DNA from: an uncultured Chloroflexia bacterium
GTDB lineage: Bacteria; Chloroflexota; Limnocylindria; QHBO01
DNA: 64,000 nt
Assembly (NCBI GenBank): GCA_963704115.1
Contig: CAVPGY010000007.1
Location: 120,142 to 184,141, forward strand
Reading direction: 5' to 3'
Shown here: positions 1-8,745 of the stretch, one piece after another
Position numbering within the stretch: position 1 is the stretch's first letter
Layout of the letters: every line of letters starts with the position of its first letter
The notes under the pieces: generated by a model
Seen by the model: the letters and a program-made list of their open reading frames with translations, nothing else
The model's database searches: none
What the model was told of the DNA's origin: nothing
Position numbers and translations under genes: made by a program

Positions 1-61
1 TCGTCATGGGGTCGTCGGATGGCATCGCGATACGGTACCGCGCCGCCGCAACGGGCCCGCG

Positions 62-1171
62 CTACCGCGCCTCGAGGACGAAGAGCGGGATGAGCCGCTT
101 CGTGCGGCGCTGGTAGCTCCCGTACAGCGGGAACTGCTCGACGACGAACGGCCACAGGCGCGCCCGCTCGTCGGGATCGGTCACCTCGCGCGCGGTCATC
201 TCGGTCGTCTCCGTGCCGCGCTGCACGGTCGCGTGCGGATCAGCGCGCAGGTTGTGCACCCAGGCCGGATGCCGCACGGACCCTCCGCTCGAGCCGACGA
301 TGACCAGCGAATCGCCATCGGGCCACGCGTAGAGCTCGAGGGTCCGCGCCGTGCCGGTCCGGGCGCCACGGGTCGTCAGCATGATCCGCAGCCGCATCGG
401 GCTCGAGGCCGTCACGGGACGACCGGGTCCCCCACCGCCACCGTTCCGGGCGTCACCACGTCGGCGTACACGCCGAAGTCGATCTTCCGACCGTCGCGCA
501 TGCCCGCGGTATGCCTTGATGGCGTGCAGGGTCGGGAAGTCGCGGTGCCCGGTGTCCGGGTCCTGGGTCGTGATCACGCATCGCGGATCCGGCCGCGTGA
601 CGCGGACGACCGCCTGGCCGATGCGGATCTCGCTCCCCATCCACTCGTCCTCCTGGTGCGGCCGCGCGCCGGCGACGGCGATCAGCATCCGGAAGCGCCG
701 CGCGTCCAGGGGCTTTCCTTCGTTCGCCTGGCGCTGCAGCTCCTCGACCGATGCCTCCGACAGGATCGAGACCGGATTGCGATCCTGCTCGCCCGGCAGC
801 CGCTCCGACCGGATGAGCTGGAGGGGTCGTCCGGCATGCGCCGAGAGCGCGTCGGCCCAGGGACCGATGACCGGGCGCGCGGCGAAGCGGCGCTCGTAGA
901 TCACCGGGTGGATCGGCTCGCCGAGCGCGACCTCGCCGGTCACCATCTCGCCGTTCGGGAAGGTGAGGGTCAGGCGTTCCGGGTCGCGCTCCAGTCGCGC
1001 GGCGACCTGGACGAGCGGGCCGAACTTCGTGCCGTCGAAGATCCGGCCGTCGGCGAGGAGCGTGAAGCGCCGATCGTCGAGGACGCCATGCTCCTCCAGC
1101 TCGATGCGGTCGGGATGCTGGAGCGCCAGCCCGCGCACGGGCGTGACGGAGAGGCGGGAGACGGTGAGCAC
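62..1171 (-). CDS. MOSC-domain protein fused in frame to a deazaflavin(F420)-dependent nitroreductase (DDN) split-barrel domain; possibly two adjacent genes with no intervening stop
   Basis: The N-terminal ~230 aa has the MOSC beta-barrel and MOSC core (..RPDPRCVITTQDPDTGHRDFPTLHAIKAYR..). The C-terminal ~140 aa matches the DDN family (MLTTRGARTGTARTLELYAWPDGDSLVIVGSSGGSVRHPAWVHNLRADPHATVQ..WPFVVEQFPLYGSYQRRTKRLIPLFVLE). It is one uninterrupted 369-codon ORF with a GTG start at 1171. Confidence 0.6.
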   Translation of the reverse strand: MLTVSRLSVTPVRGLALQHPDRIELEEHGVLDDRRFTLLADGRIFDGTKFGPLVQVAARLERDPERLTLTFPNGEMVTGEVALGEPIHPVIYERRFAARPVIGPWADALSAHAGRPLQLIRSERLPGEQDRNPVSILSEASVEELQRQANEGKPLDARRFRMLIAVAGARPHQEDEWMGSEIRIGQAVVRVTRPDPRCVITTQDPDTGHRDFPTLHAIKAYRGHARRSEDRLRRVRRRGDARNGGGGGPGRPVTASSPMRLRIMLTTRGARTGTARTLELYAWPDGDSLVIVGSSGGSVRHPAWVHNLRADPHATVQRGTETTEMTAREVTDPDERARLWPFVVEQFPLYGSYQRRTKRLIPLFVLEAR

Positions 1172-1202
1172 AGCCCGACGATAGCGCGTCCGCGCATCCG
1201 GG

Positions 1203-1545
1203 GCTTGCCGATAGATCGGGCATCGGAGCGCACCATGCCCGCTCCTACCCGGGGCCGCCCGATGTATCGGGCACAGCGGCGCGTCAGGACCGGATCCCCG
1301 CCACTCCTGTGACGTGGTGCCCGATCTATCGGCGCCGCCGAGCCCAACGGCGGCCTCCCGTGCCGTGGTGCCCGATCTATCGGCGCAGTTGAGCCCAACG
1401 GCGGCCTCCCGTGCCGCGGTGCCCGATCTATCGGCGCCGCCGAGCCCAACGGCGGCCTCCCGTGCCGCGGTGCCCGATCTATCGGCGCCGCCGAGCCCAA
1501 CGGCGGCCTCCCGTGCCGCGGTGCCCGATCTATCGGCGCCGTCAG
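1203..1545. repeat. Family A intergenic repeat locus 1: five tandem 51-bp units (copies starting at 1320, 1371, 1422, 1473, 1524) preceded by one inverted (about 1207) and one degenerate (about 1258) copy of the palindromic core
   Basis: Direct reading shows the unit (gtg)cccgatctatcggcgccgccgagcccaacggcggcctcccgtgccgcg repeated with >90% identity. The core gcccgatctatcgggc is a 7+2+7 imperfect palindrome. The array fills the gap between the ASCH gene stop (1542) and the MOSC gene start (1171). Confidence 0.85.
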
Positions 1546-2024
1546 GCCTCGCCGACAGCGATCGGCTCCGGGTAGCGCTCCACCAGCCGGAATCGCTGAC
1601 AGACGATCAGGGTGTCGTCATCGAGCCGCCAGTCGGGATCACCCAGGCCCTCGCGCAGCTCGTCGAGGTAGGTGGTGAAGTACCGCTCGTGGGCGGCGCG
1701 CCAGTCGGCGGCGTCGGCAAAGCCCTCTCCCTCGTCGCGCGCGAACGCGTCGTCGACATCGGCCATGCGGAGAATGCGGCACTCGGTCGTCTCGATCACG
1801 CCCACGAACCTGCCATCCGCCCCGATGACCGCCTCCCGCATGCCGGGGACCGGCACGGTCTCACCGTCGAGCTCGTACTCCACCAGCAGGCCGGCGGTGG
1901 CGGTCTTCGTCCCGGCCAGCACCAGGTCGACGAGCTCGCGCCGCAGCTCGCTTCCCGGGTCGGCGAACCCGCAGACCTGCATCCCGCGGAAGGTCGAGGT
2001 GCCGGCATCGGCGGCGTCGTTCAT
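1542..2024 (-). CDS. ASCH (PUA-like) domain protein
   Basis: Matches the ASCH pattern: ELVDLVLAGTKTATAGLLVEYE..GETVPVPGMREAVIGADGRFVGVIETTECRIL..DDAFARDEGEGF..WRAAHERYF. Start taken at MNDAADAG (ATG 2022-2024); the longer ORF upstream is low-complexity. Confidence 0.7.
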   Translation of the reverse strand: MNDAADAGTSTFRGMQVCGFADPGSELRRELVDLVLAGTKTATAGLLVEYELDGETVPVPGMREAVIGADGRFVGVIETTECRILRMADVDDAFARDEGEGFADAADWRAAHERYFTTYLDELREGLGDPDWRLDDDTLIVCQRFRLVERYPEPIAVGEA

Positions 2025-2275
2025 CACCGGGCATTGTGCCGCGTGGCGTCCACCACCTACGCCGCGCACACGCACCGAACAGGGAGGACCGATGGCGTTC
2101 GAACGCACCGTGGCCGGGACCGGCCCGAACCCCGAGCCGGCGCCGGCGCCAGCACCCTCCGAAGGACCATCCGGCGCGCGACCCACGCCGATAGCGCTCC
2201 AACTCCAGGCCCTCGCCACGGTCGGTCTTGGCGCCGGGTGTACGCTCGACCTTCACACCCTGTGGAGGACGGCCA

Positions 2276-2596
2276 GTGCCAAAGTATCTCATCATCGGCA
2301 GCTACACCGCGGCCGGTGCCAAGGGACTGATCAACGAGGGGGGCAGCGGCCGCAGACAGGCCGCCAGCGACGTCATCGGCTCTGTCGGCGGAACGGTCGA
2401 GAGCTTCTACTTCGGCTTCGGGGGCGACGACTTCTATGTCATCGCCGACTTCCCGGACCACGCCGCCGTGGCCGCGGCCAGCCTGACCGTGGGATCGAGC
2501 GGAGCGGCCAGCATCCGGACCGTGGTCCTGATCACGCCGGAGGAGCTCGACGCCGCATCGAAGCTGAGCCCCACCTACCGCCCGCCGGGCGCCTGA
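2276..2596 (+). CDS. GYD-domain protein
   Basis: VPKYLIIGSYTAAGAKGLINEGGSGRRQAASDVIGSVGGTVESFYFGFGGDDFYVIADFPD is the GYD-family signature. GTG start at 2276 is preceded by GGAGGA (2264-2269). Confidence 0.8.
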   Translation: MPKYLIIGSYTAAGAKGLINEGGSGRRQAASDVIGSVGGTVESFYFGFGGDDFYVIADFPDHAAVAAASLTVGSSGAASIRTVVLITPEELDAASKLSPTYRPPGA

Positions 2597-2642
2597 CCCA
2601 GCACCCGACATCGGCGCACCACTCGAGAGGAGCGATTGACCG

Positions 2643-3038
2643 ATGCAGACCACTACCACGCACCCGAACGCCGAGCTCGGCCGGCGGTTGATGGACGCCT
2701 TCAATGACGTGGACATCGCCACCATCGACAGCCTCATGTCCGATGACATCGCCTGGCACCAGATCGGCGGATCGACGATCCACGGCAAGGAGGCGCTGCG
2801 GGAGCAGATGAGCTCCATGATGGCCCAGGGAGGCGATGACGGGATCACCGCAACGGTGCACGACGTCGTCGCCAGCGACGAGCACATCATCGCCCTCGTC
2901 GACGCCCACGCGACGATGGGCGGGAAGACCTTCGACTATCGGACCGCGGAGATCATGCACGTCACCGACGGCAAGGTCACCGAGCGGTGGGCCTTCTCCG
3001 ACGACACCGCCGCGATCACGAAGTTCTTCGGCGGCTGA
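2643..3038 (+). CDS. SnoaL-like / NTF2-like superfamily protein (ester cyclase/ketosteroid isomerase-like)
   Basis: 131 aa with an NTF2-like pattern (LGRRLMDAFNDVDIATIDSLMSDDIAWHQIGG..ERWAFSDDTAAITKFFG). A GAGGAG RBS lies 8 nt before the ATG. Confidence 0.7.
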   Translation: MQTTTTHPNAELGRRLMDAFNDVDIATIDSLMSDDIAWHQIGGSTIHGKEALREQMSSMMAQGGDDGITATVHDVVASDEHIIALVDAHATMGGKTFDYRTAEIMHVTDGKVTERWAFSDDTAAITKFFGG

Positions 3039-3224
3039 CTCCCTCCCACTCCACCGATGATCGCCGCCGGCCCTCTCGCCGGCGGCGGTCGCGAGTTCGC
3101 TCGACACGAGACGGCGCATGAACCGGTCCGTGCGGGTGACGGTCGAGCGTCACCGATGGGCCAGCGAGTCTGTCCGGTACCGGAGCGCGCATCCACCGGC
3201 GACCGTACCGTGCGACAGTGGCGC

Positions 3225-3545
3225 GAGTTACCGAGGCGGGTATCCAACGACGATCCGAGGACCCGCCAGTGGCCGCACGTTACCGCGCACGGAACATTGC
3301 CGACCGGATTCGACTCCGAACGGCCTCCCGGTGTCCGTTGGATACCCGTACGGGAAACCGCGCGGAGTGGGGCCACGGGCCTCCCGGCCGTTGGTTGCCC
3401 GTACGGGAACCGCGCGGAGTGGGGCCACGGGCCTCCCGGCCGTTGGATACCCGTACGGGAAACCGCGCGGAGTGGGGCCACGGGCCTCCCGGCCGTTGGA
3501 TGCCCGTACGGGAACCGCGACCACGGGCTTCCCGCAGCGCCGCCT
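3225..3545. repeat. Family B MITE-like element (about 3230-3365) whose 3-prime terminal repeat region is amplified as four 53-bp tandem units (about 3335-3545)
   Basis: Inverted termini ggcgggtatccaacg (3236-3250) and ccgttggatacccgtacggg (3335-3354). The unit ccgttggatacccgtacgggaaaccgcgcggagtggggccacgggcctcccgg repeats with a period of 52-53 bp at 3335, 3388, 3440 and 3493. cccgtacggg is an internal perfect palindrome. Confidence 0.8.
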
Positions 3546-5139
3546 CAGCCCGCGGCCTCGAACTCGACGCGAGGACGAGGCTCCGGTGTCGGCGCCGTTG
3601 ACGGAGCTTCGGGAGGATCACCGCCCAGCGATTGCCCGCGAAGGGAGACCACGGCCAGCGCCGCCAGCCCGACCGCCACGACCGCGGCGATGCCCGCGGT
3701 GAGGTGCATCCCGGCCACGAACGCCTCGCGGGCCACCTCCAGCACCACCGCACCAAGCTCCGCCGGCAGCTCCGCGGCGACGGCAACGGCACCGCCGAGC
3801 GTGTCCCGGGCCACCTCGGCGGCGGCATCCGGCACGGCGGCCGGCAGCTGGGCACCCACCGCGCCGCGGTAGATCGCGACGCCGACGCTGCCGAGCATCG
3901 CGATCCCCAGCGCCCCGCCGAGCTCGGCGGCGGTCTCACTGATCCCGGACGCGGCGCCGGCGCGCTCCGGCGGGGCGGTACCGACGATCAGCTCGGTGGT
4001 CAGCCCGAAGACGGGCGCCAGGCCGATGCGAGATCACCACCGACGCGCCGACGAGCAGCGGCAGGCCGTTCGTCGCCCCGACGCCGACGAGCATCGCGAG
4101 ACCGATGGCGCCGATGAACAGTCCCCCGCCGATCAGGTACGCCGGGCGCACGCGCTGCACGATGCGCGGCGCCAGCTGCGACCCGACGATGAACGCCACC
4201 GCCGACGGCAGCGACCACAGCCCGGCATAGCAGGGGCGAGAGCCCGACCACGAGCTGGAGGTACTGCGCCACGAACAGGAAGTAGCCGACCATCACGAAG
4301 ATCGCCAGGAAGTTCACCGCCAGCGCCGCGTTGAAGGTGCGGATCCGGAACAGGCCCACGTCGATCATCGGGTCATCCAGGCGCATCTGGCGACGGACCC
4401 ACAGCGCGCCCACGCCGAGCCCGATGGCGATCGCCGCCACGGCCATGGCTCCGACGCCGTCCTGGGCGATCTCCTTCAGGCCGAAGATGATGGCCAGCAG
4501 CGCCACGATCGACATCCCGGCGCTCAGCAGGTCCAGCCGGCCGGCGTTCGGGTCGCGGTACTCCGGCAGCACCCGCGGCCCGAGGATGAGGAGCAGCGCC
4601 ATCACCGGCAGGGCCAGCAGGAAGACCGATCCCCACCAGAAGAACTCGAGCAGGAGTCCGCCGAGCACCGGGCCGACCGCGCTGCCGGCGCTGAAGGCGC
4701 CGATCCAGACGCCGACCGCGATCGAGCGTTCCTTCGGGTCGGTGAACATGTGGAAGATCAGGCTCAGGGTGCTGGGCGCCAGCGTCGCGCCGCTGATGCC
4801 GAGCAGGGCCCGCGCCACGATCAGCATCTCGGCGCTCGTGCTGAACGCGGCGATGATCGAGGTTGCGCCGAACACCGCCGCGCCGATGAGCAGCAGCCGG
4901 CGGCGGCCGATGCGGTCGCCGAGCGTGCCCATCGTCACCAGCAGTCCCGCGACGAAGAAGCCGTAGATGTCGATGATCCACAGCAGCTGCGCGCTCGTCG
5001 GCTGGAGGTCGGCCGTCAGCTTGGGTACGGCGAGGTGGAGGACGGTCAGGTCCATCACGTACATCAGCGCGGAGAGCGCGAGCACGAAGAGGCCGATCCA
5101 TTCGCGTCGGGTCGCCTTGGGGGGAACGTTCGTCGTCAT
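3545..5139 (-). pseudogene. MFS transporter, DHA2 (14-TM drug:H+ antiporter) family, interrupted by about 3 frameshifts
   Basis: Consecutive pieces of one DHA2 protein lie in three frames: 5139-4230 (MTTNVPPK..AQYLQLVVGLSPL), 4199-4020 (AFIVGSQLAPRIVQRVRPAYLIGGGLF..) and 3898-3545 (MLGSVGVAIYRGAV..C-terminus). Confidence 0.7.
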
Positions 5140-5359
5140 CGGTCCTTTGGTCTTCTGGGGTTGCGTCGTCTCATTGGACCGATGCGGCCCGCGGAAATCA
5201 TCGGTCAAACGACGCGCATGCTCCGCGCATCATGGATGACGCGCGTGCCGAGCGACTCCGAGAGCGTTATCCAGCACGGCATGTGCCGGCGCGAGCCGAT
5301 GAGTTCCGCAAGCGACCGCCGTCCTATCCGCGAAACCAGAGACCCGAGAGGAAGCGCCA

Positions 5360-6763
5360 GTGATCTCACCGACCGTCGCGGCCACCACGCTCGAGGAGCT
5401 GCGCTCCCGGCTGAGCGGCCGCCTCGCCACCCCGTCGGACCCTGACTACGAGGATCTGCGCGCCGTGTTCTACGGCGGAGGCCTGCGGCCCGCGGCGGTG
5501 GCGCGCGTGGCCGGCGCGGGCGACATCGCGACGGTCATCGGCTTTGCGCGCGCGACCGGCACCGAGCTCGCCGTGCGCGGCGGCGGGCATTCCGGGGCCG
5601 GGCACTCGACGACCGACGGCGGAATCGTGATCGACATGCGCGATCTCAAGCGGATCGAGGTCGACCCCGAGGCGCAGACCGCCTGGGCAGGCGCGGGCAC
5701 CACGGCAGCGGAGGTGACCACGGAGGTCGCCAGACACGGCCTCGCCATCGGCTTCGGCGACACCGGCAGCGTGGGAATCGGCGGCATCACGCTCGGCGGC
5801 GGGGTCGGCTTCCTGGTGCGGACGTTCGGGATGACGATCGACAACCTCGAGGCCGTGGAGCTCGTCACCGCCGACGGTCAGCTCCTCGCCGCGGATGCGG
5901 ATCATCACCCGGACCTGTTCTGGGCGCTCCGCGGCGGCGGCGGCAACTTCGGCGTCGCCACCCGCTTCAAGTACCGGCTCCGGGAGCTCCCGCAGATCAC
6001 CGGCGGGATGCTGGTGCAGCCCGCGACGGCCGAGACCGTGGCCGCCTTCATGGCGGCGTCCGAGGCGGCACCCGAGGAGCTGTCGGCGATCGTCAACGTC
6101 ATGAGCTGCCCGCCCCTGCCCTTCGTGGCCGAGGAGCACCACGGCTCGCTGGTGATCTTCGCGCTCATGTGCTTCGCCGGCGAGGCCGATGCGGGCGAGG
6201 CGGCCATGGCGCCCTTCCGCGCCGTCGCCGAGCCGCTGGGCGACCTGGTGCGGCCGATGACCTATCCCGAGCTCTTCCCGCCGGAGGAGGCCCCGCCGGC
6301 GGATCCCGATGCCGACCCGTCGACGGTTCCCGGGTACGCGAGCCTCACGCTGTTCACCGACCGGATCGGGCCCGAGGAGTCGGCGCTGATCGTCGAGCGG
6401 CTGGGATGGTCGGATTCGCCGATGCGCGTCGCCCAGCTGCGCGTCCTGGGTGGTGCGATGGCCCGCGTGGCGCCCGAGGCCACCGCCTACGCCCATCGGC
6501 AGCGCCGGGTGATGGTCAACGTGGCGGCCATGTACGCCGGGCCCGCGGATCGCGTCGTCAAGGAGGCCTGGGTCCACGACCTCGCCGCATCCCTCCAGCG
6601 CGGAGAGGACGCGGCCTACGTCAACTTCGTCAACGACGAGGGCCCGGAGCGTGTTCGTGCCGCCTATCCCGGCGCCACCTGGGACCGGCTGACCGCGATC
6701 AAGGCCCGGTACGACCCGGATAACCTGTTCCGCCGCAACCACAACATCCCGCCGGCGGCCTGA
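5360..6763 (+). CDS. FAD-linked oxidoreductase (PCMH-type FAD-binding domain plus berberine-bridge-enzyme-like C-terminal domain)
   Basis: FAD-binding_4 motifs (AVRGGGHSGAGHS, LRGGGGNFGVATRF) and a BBE-like C-terminus (YVNFVNDEG..RLTAIKARYDPDNLFRRNHNIPP). GTG start at 5360 with a GAGAGGAAG RBS. Confidence 0.85.
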   Translation: MISPTVAATTLEELRSRLSGRLATPSDPDYEDLRAVFYGGGLRPAAVARVAGAGDIATVIGFARATGTELAVRGGGHSGAGHSTTDGGIVIDMRDLKRIEVDPEAQTAWAGAGTTAAEVTTEVARHGLAIGFGDTGSVGIGGITLGGGVGFLVRTFGMTIDNLEAVELVTADGQLLAADADHHPDLFWALRGGGGNFGVATRFKYRLRELPQITGGMLVQPATAETVAAFMAASEAAPEELSAIVNVMSCPPLPFVAEEHHGSLVIFALMCFAGEADAGEAAMAPFRAVAEPLGDLVRPMTYPELFPPEEAPPADPDADPSTVPGYASLTLFTDRIGPEESALIVERLGWSDSPMRVAQLRVLGGAMARVAPEATAYAHRQRRVMVNVAAMYAGPADRVVKEAWVHDLAASLQRGEDAAYVNFVNDEGPERVRAAYPGATWDRLTAIKARYDPDNLFRRNHNIPPAA

Positions 6764-6766
6764 GGC

Positions 6767-7090
6767 ATGCCAGTGGACGCCGGTCTGGCCGGGGCACTCA
6801 GTCTGCGGGATCTGCCGGCGGCCTTCGAGCGCTTCCGCGTCACCCTGGCGTCGGGCGACAGCCTCGCGACGCGAGCGGACGACTGGGCGGGGTGCCTGGT
6901 GCTCGTCGAGCGCGGCGCCGTCGAGGTCGAGTGCGCCGCAGGCGGCCGGCGATCCTTCGCCGCCGGCGATCTGCTCGCGCCCGCCTGGCTGCGAATCTGC
7001 ATGCTCCACAACCCCGGCACCGTCGAGGTGAGCCTGCTCGCGGTGCACCGGCGGGGCGACTCCAGGGCTGAAGGAGAGCGAACAACATGA
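6767..7090 (+). CDS. Small cupin-like protein (tentative)
   Basis: A 107-aa ORF in the gap between the FAD oxidase and the DUF1905 gene. The segment GCLVLVERGAVEVECAAGGRRSFAAGDLLAPAWLRICMLHNPGTVEVSLLAV resembles a cupin barrel. The start signal is weak. Confidence 0.35.
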   Translation: MPVDAGLAGALSLRDLPAAFERFRVTLASGDSLATRADDWAGCLVLVERGAVEVECAAGGRRSFAAGDLLAPAWLRICMLHNPGTVEVSLLAVHRRGDSRAEGERTT

Positions 7091-7536
7091 CCTTCCGCAC
7101 CGTGATCGAGCGCGGCGGCACGACGGCGACGGGCATCCGCGTCCCCGACGAGATCGTCGCCGGGCTGGGCGCCGGCAAACGGCCAGCAGTCACCGTCCAC
7201 ATCGGCGGCTATCGGTACCGGAGCACGATGGCGGTGATGGACGGCGCCTTCATGCTGCCGCTCTCCGCCGAGCACCGGGAGGGGGCCGGCGTGGCCGCGG
7301 GCGACGAGATCGAGGTGACCCTCGAGCTCGACACCGCCCCGCGCGAGGTGGTCGTGCCGGGCGACCTCGCCGCGGCGCTCGACGCCAACCCGGAGGCTCG
7401 CCGCACGTTCGACGCGCTCTCGTACAGCAACAAGCGGTTCCATGTCGAGCCGATCACCGGCGCCAAGACCGAGGAGACCCGGCAGCGCCGGATCGACAAA
7501 TCGATTGCCGTCCTGCGCGAGGGACGGCCGCGGTGA
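7087..7536 (+). CDS. DUF1905 / YdeI-OmpD-associated family protein
   Basis: TTATGIRVPDEIVAGLGAGKRPAVTVHIGGYRYRSTMAVMDGAFMLPLSAEHR matches DUF1905 and the C-terminus (PEARRTFDALSYSNKRFHVEPITGAKTEETRQRRIDKSIAVL) matches the YdeI-like tail. A GAAGGAG RBS precedes the start. Confidence 0.8.
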   Translation: MTFRTVIERGGTTATGIRVPDEIVAGLGAGKRPAVTVHIGGYRYRSTMAVMDGAFMLPLSAEHREGAGVAAGDEIEVTLELDTAPREVVVPGDLAAALDANPEARRTFDALSYSNKRFHVEPITGAKTEETRQRRIDKSIAVLREGRPR

Positions 7537-7548
7537 TCCTGCCCATGG

Positions 7549-8586
7549 TTGGCAGGATTGACCGATAGCGTCGATGCCAACGACCCACGGAGTACGATGC
7601 GAATGATGACCGAGACGAGCGCTGCCGAAGCCGTCCGGGCCCCCGAGGAACAGCTCGAGCCCTACCGGAGCGAGCTCACTGCCTATGCCTACCGCATGCT
7701 GGGATCCGCCTTCGAGGCGGAGGACGCCGTGCAGGAAACGATGGTCCGTGCCTGGAAGGCGCTCGACAAGTTCGAGGGCCGCTCGCAGCTGCGATCCTGG
7801 CTGTACCGCATTGCCACCAACGTGTGCCTCGACATGCTCGGCTCGCGCCAGCGGCGCGCCCGGCCGATGGACCTGGAACCCGCCTCCCACGCCGATCGCC
7901 CGCTCCCTCCCCCGCTCACCGAGGCGGTCTGGATCGAGCCCGCGCCCGATTCGCTGGTCGTCCCCTCCAGCGGCGACCCGGCCAACGTCGCGCTGGCGCG
8001 GGAATCGGTGCGGCTGGCCTTCATGGCCGCCCTCCAGCACCTGCCGCCGAAGCAGCGCGCGGTCCTCATCCTGCGCGAGGTCCTGCGCTGGCGGGCCTCC
8101 GAGGTCGCGGAGCTGCTCGACACCTCGGTCGCATCGGTCAACTCCGCGCTCCAGCGGGCCCGGGCGACGCTCGACTCTCTGGGAGACGGCGCGGGGGCCG
8201 GGCCGCTCGACGAGGCCTCCGAGGAGCTGCTGGCGAGCTACGTGGCCGCGTTCGAGTCGTACGACATGGAGCAGCTCACGGCCCTGCTCCACCGCGACGC
8301 GACCTGGAACATGCCGCCGTACGCCCTGTGGCTCAACACCCACGAGGACATCGTGGGGTGGTGCCTCGGGCCGGGCCACGCCTGCCGTGGCTCGCGGCTC
8401 ATCCGCACGTCGGCGAACGGCGCGCCCGCGTGGGGCCAGTACAAGCCCGCGGCGGATGGCGGCTGGGAGCCATGGTCGCTCCAGGTGCTCGAGACGCGCG
8501 ACGGCAAGGTCAGCGGCATCACCTTCTTCCTCGACACGGCCCGCTGGTTCCCGCTCTTCGACCTCCCGCCGCACCTGGACGCCTGA
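7549..8586 (+). CDS. ECF-type RNA polymerase sigma-70 factor with a C-terminal SnoaL-like extension (ECF41/SigJ-like)
   Basis: Sigma region 2 (YRSELTAYAYRMLGSAFEAEDAVQETMVRAWKALDKFEGRSQLRSWLYRIATNVCLDML) and region 4 (RAVLILREVLRWRASEVAELLDTSVASVNSALQRAR) are followed by a ~120-aa NTF2-like tail. The true start may be downstream (MTETSAAE at about 7603). Confidence 0.8.
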   Translation: MAGLTDSVDANDPRSTMRMMTETSAAEAVRAPEEQLEPYRSELTAYAYRMLGSAFEAEDAVQETMVRAWKALDKFEGRSQLRSWLYRIATNVCLDMLGSRQRRARPMDLEPASHADRPLPPPLTEAVWIEPAPDSLVVPSSGDPANVALARESVRLAFMAALQHLPPKQRAVLILREVLRWRASEVAELLDTSVASVNSALQRARATLDSLGDGAGAGPLDEASEELLASYVAAFESYDMEQLTALLHRDATWNMPPYALWLNTHEDIVGWCLGPGHACRGSRLIRTSANGAPAWGQYKPAADGGWEPWSLQVLETRDGKVSGITFFLDTARWFPLFDLPPHLDA

Positions 8587-8611
8587 CGTCTCGAGGAGCC
8601 CCCGTGACGGT

Positions 8612-8745
8612 TGCCGGGGCGGGTATCCAACGGCGATCGAGCGGCTCGCCGGTGGCGGCGAGGTACCGCGGCGGGAACATCTCCGACCGAATTCGGGGTC
8701 CCACGTCCGTTCGGCGTCCGTTGGATACCCGTGCGGGTAACCGCC
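8612..8745. repeat. Family B MITE-like element, second copy (single, not amplified)
   Basis: About 75% identical over ~135 bp to the 3230-3365 copy, with the same inverted termini (ggttgccggggcgggtatccaacgg and ccgttggatacccgtgcgggtaacc, about 22/25 complementary). cgtgac occurs just outside both ends. It lies in the sigma-factor to MFS gap. Confidence 0.75.

Noticed and set aside
1314-1545. Possible CRISPR array (regularly spaced ~50-bp repeats).
   Set aside because: The entire 51-bp unit is conserved copy to copy, so there are no unique spacers. The repeat is palindromic and also occurs dispersed at 10.2 kb, and no cas genes are nearby. It is called a tandem/REP-like repeat instead. The same reasoning applies to the 53-bp array at 3335-3545.
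1314-2330. ORFs translating the repeat arrays (VPDLSAPPSPTAASRAA x5; GYPYGKPRGVGPRASRPL.. at 3057-3872, 3118-3702, 3228-3524).
   Set aside because: The periodic peptide is just the translation of the DNA tandem repeat. Equivalent ORFs appear in several frames and on both strands of the same repeat, and there are no start signals.
3300-3330. tRNA-like T-arm motif ggattcgactccg inside the family-B element.
   Set aside because: No acceptor-stem, anticodon-arm or D-arm complement could be built around it, and the second copy of the element (8690-8720) does not conserve it. It is more likely a hairpin of the repeat element.
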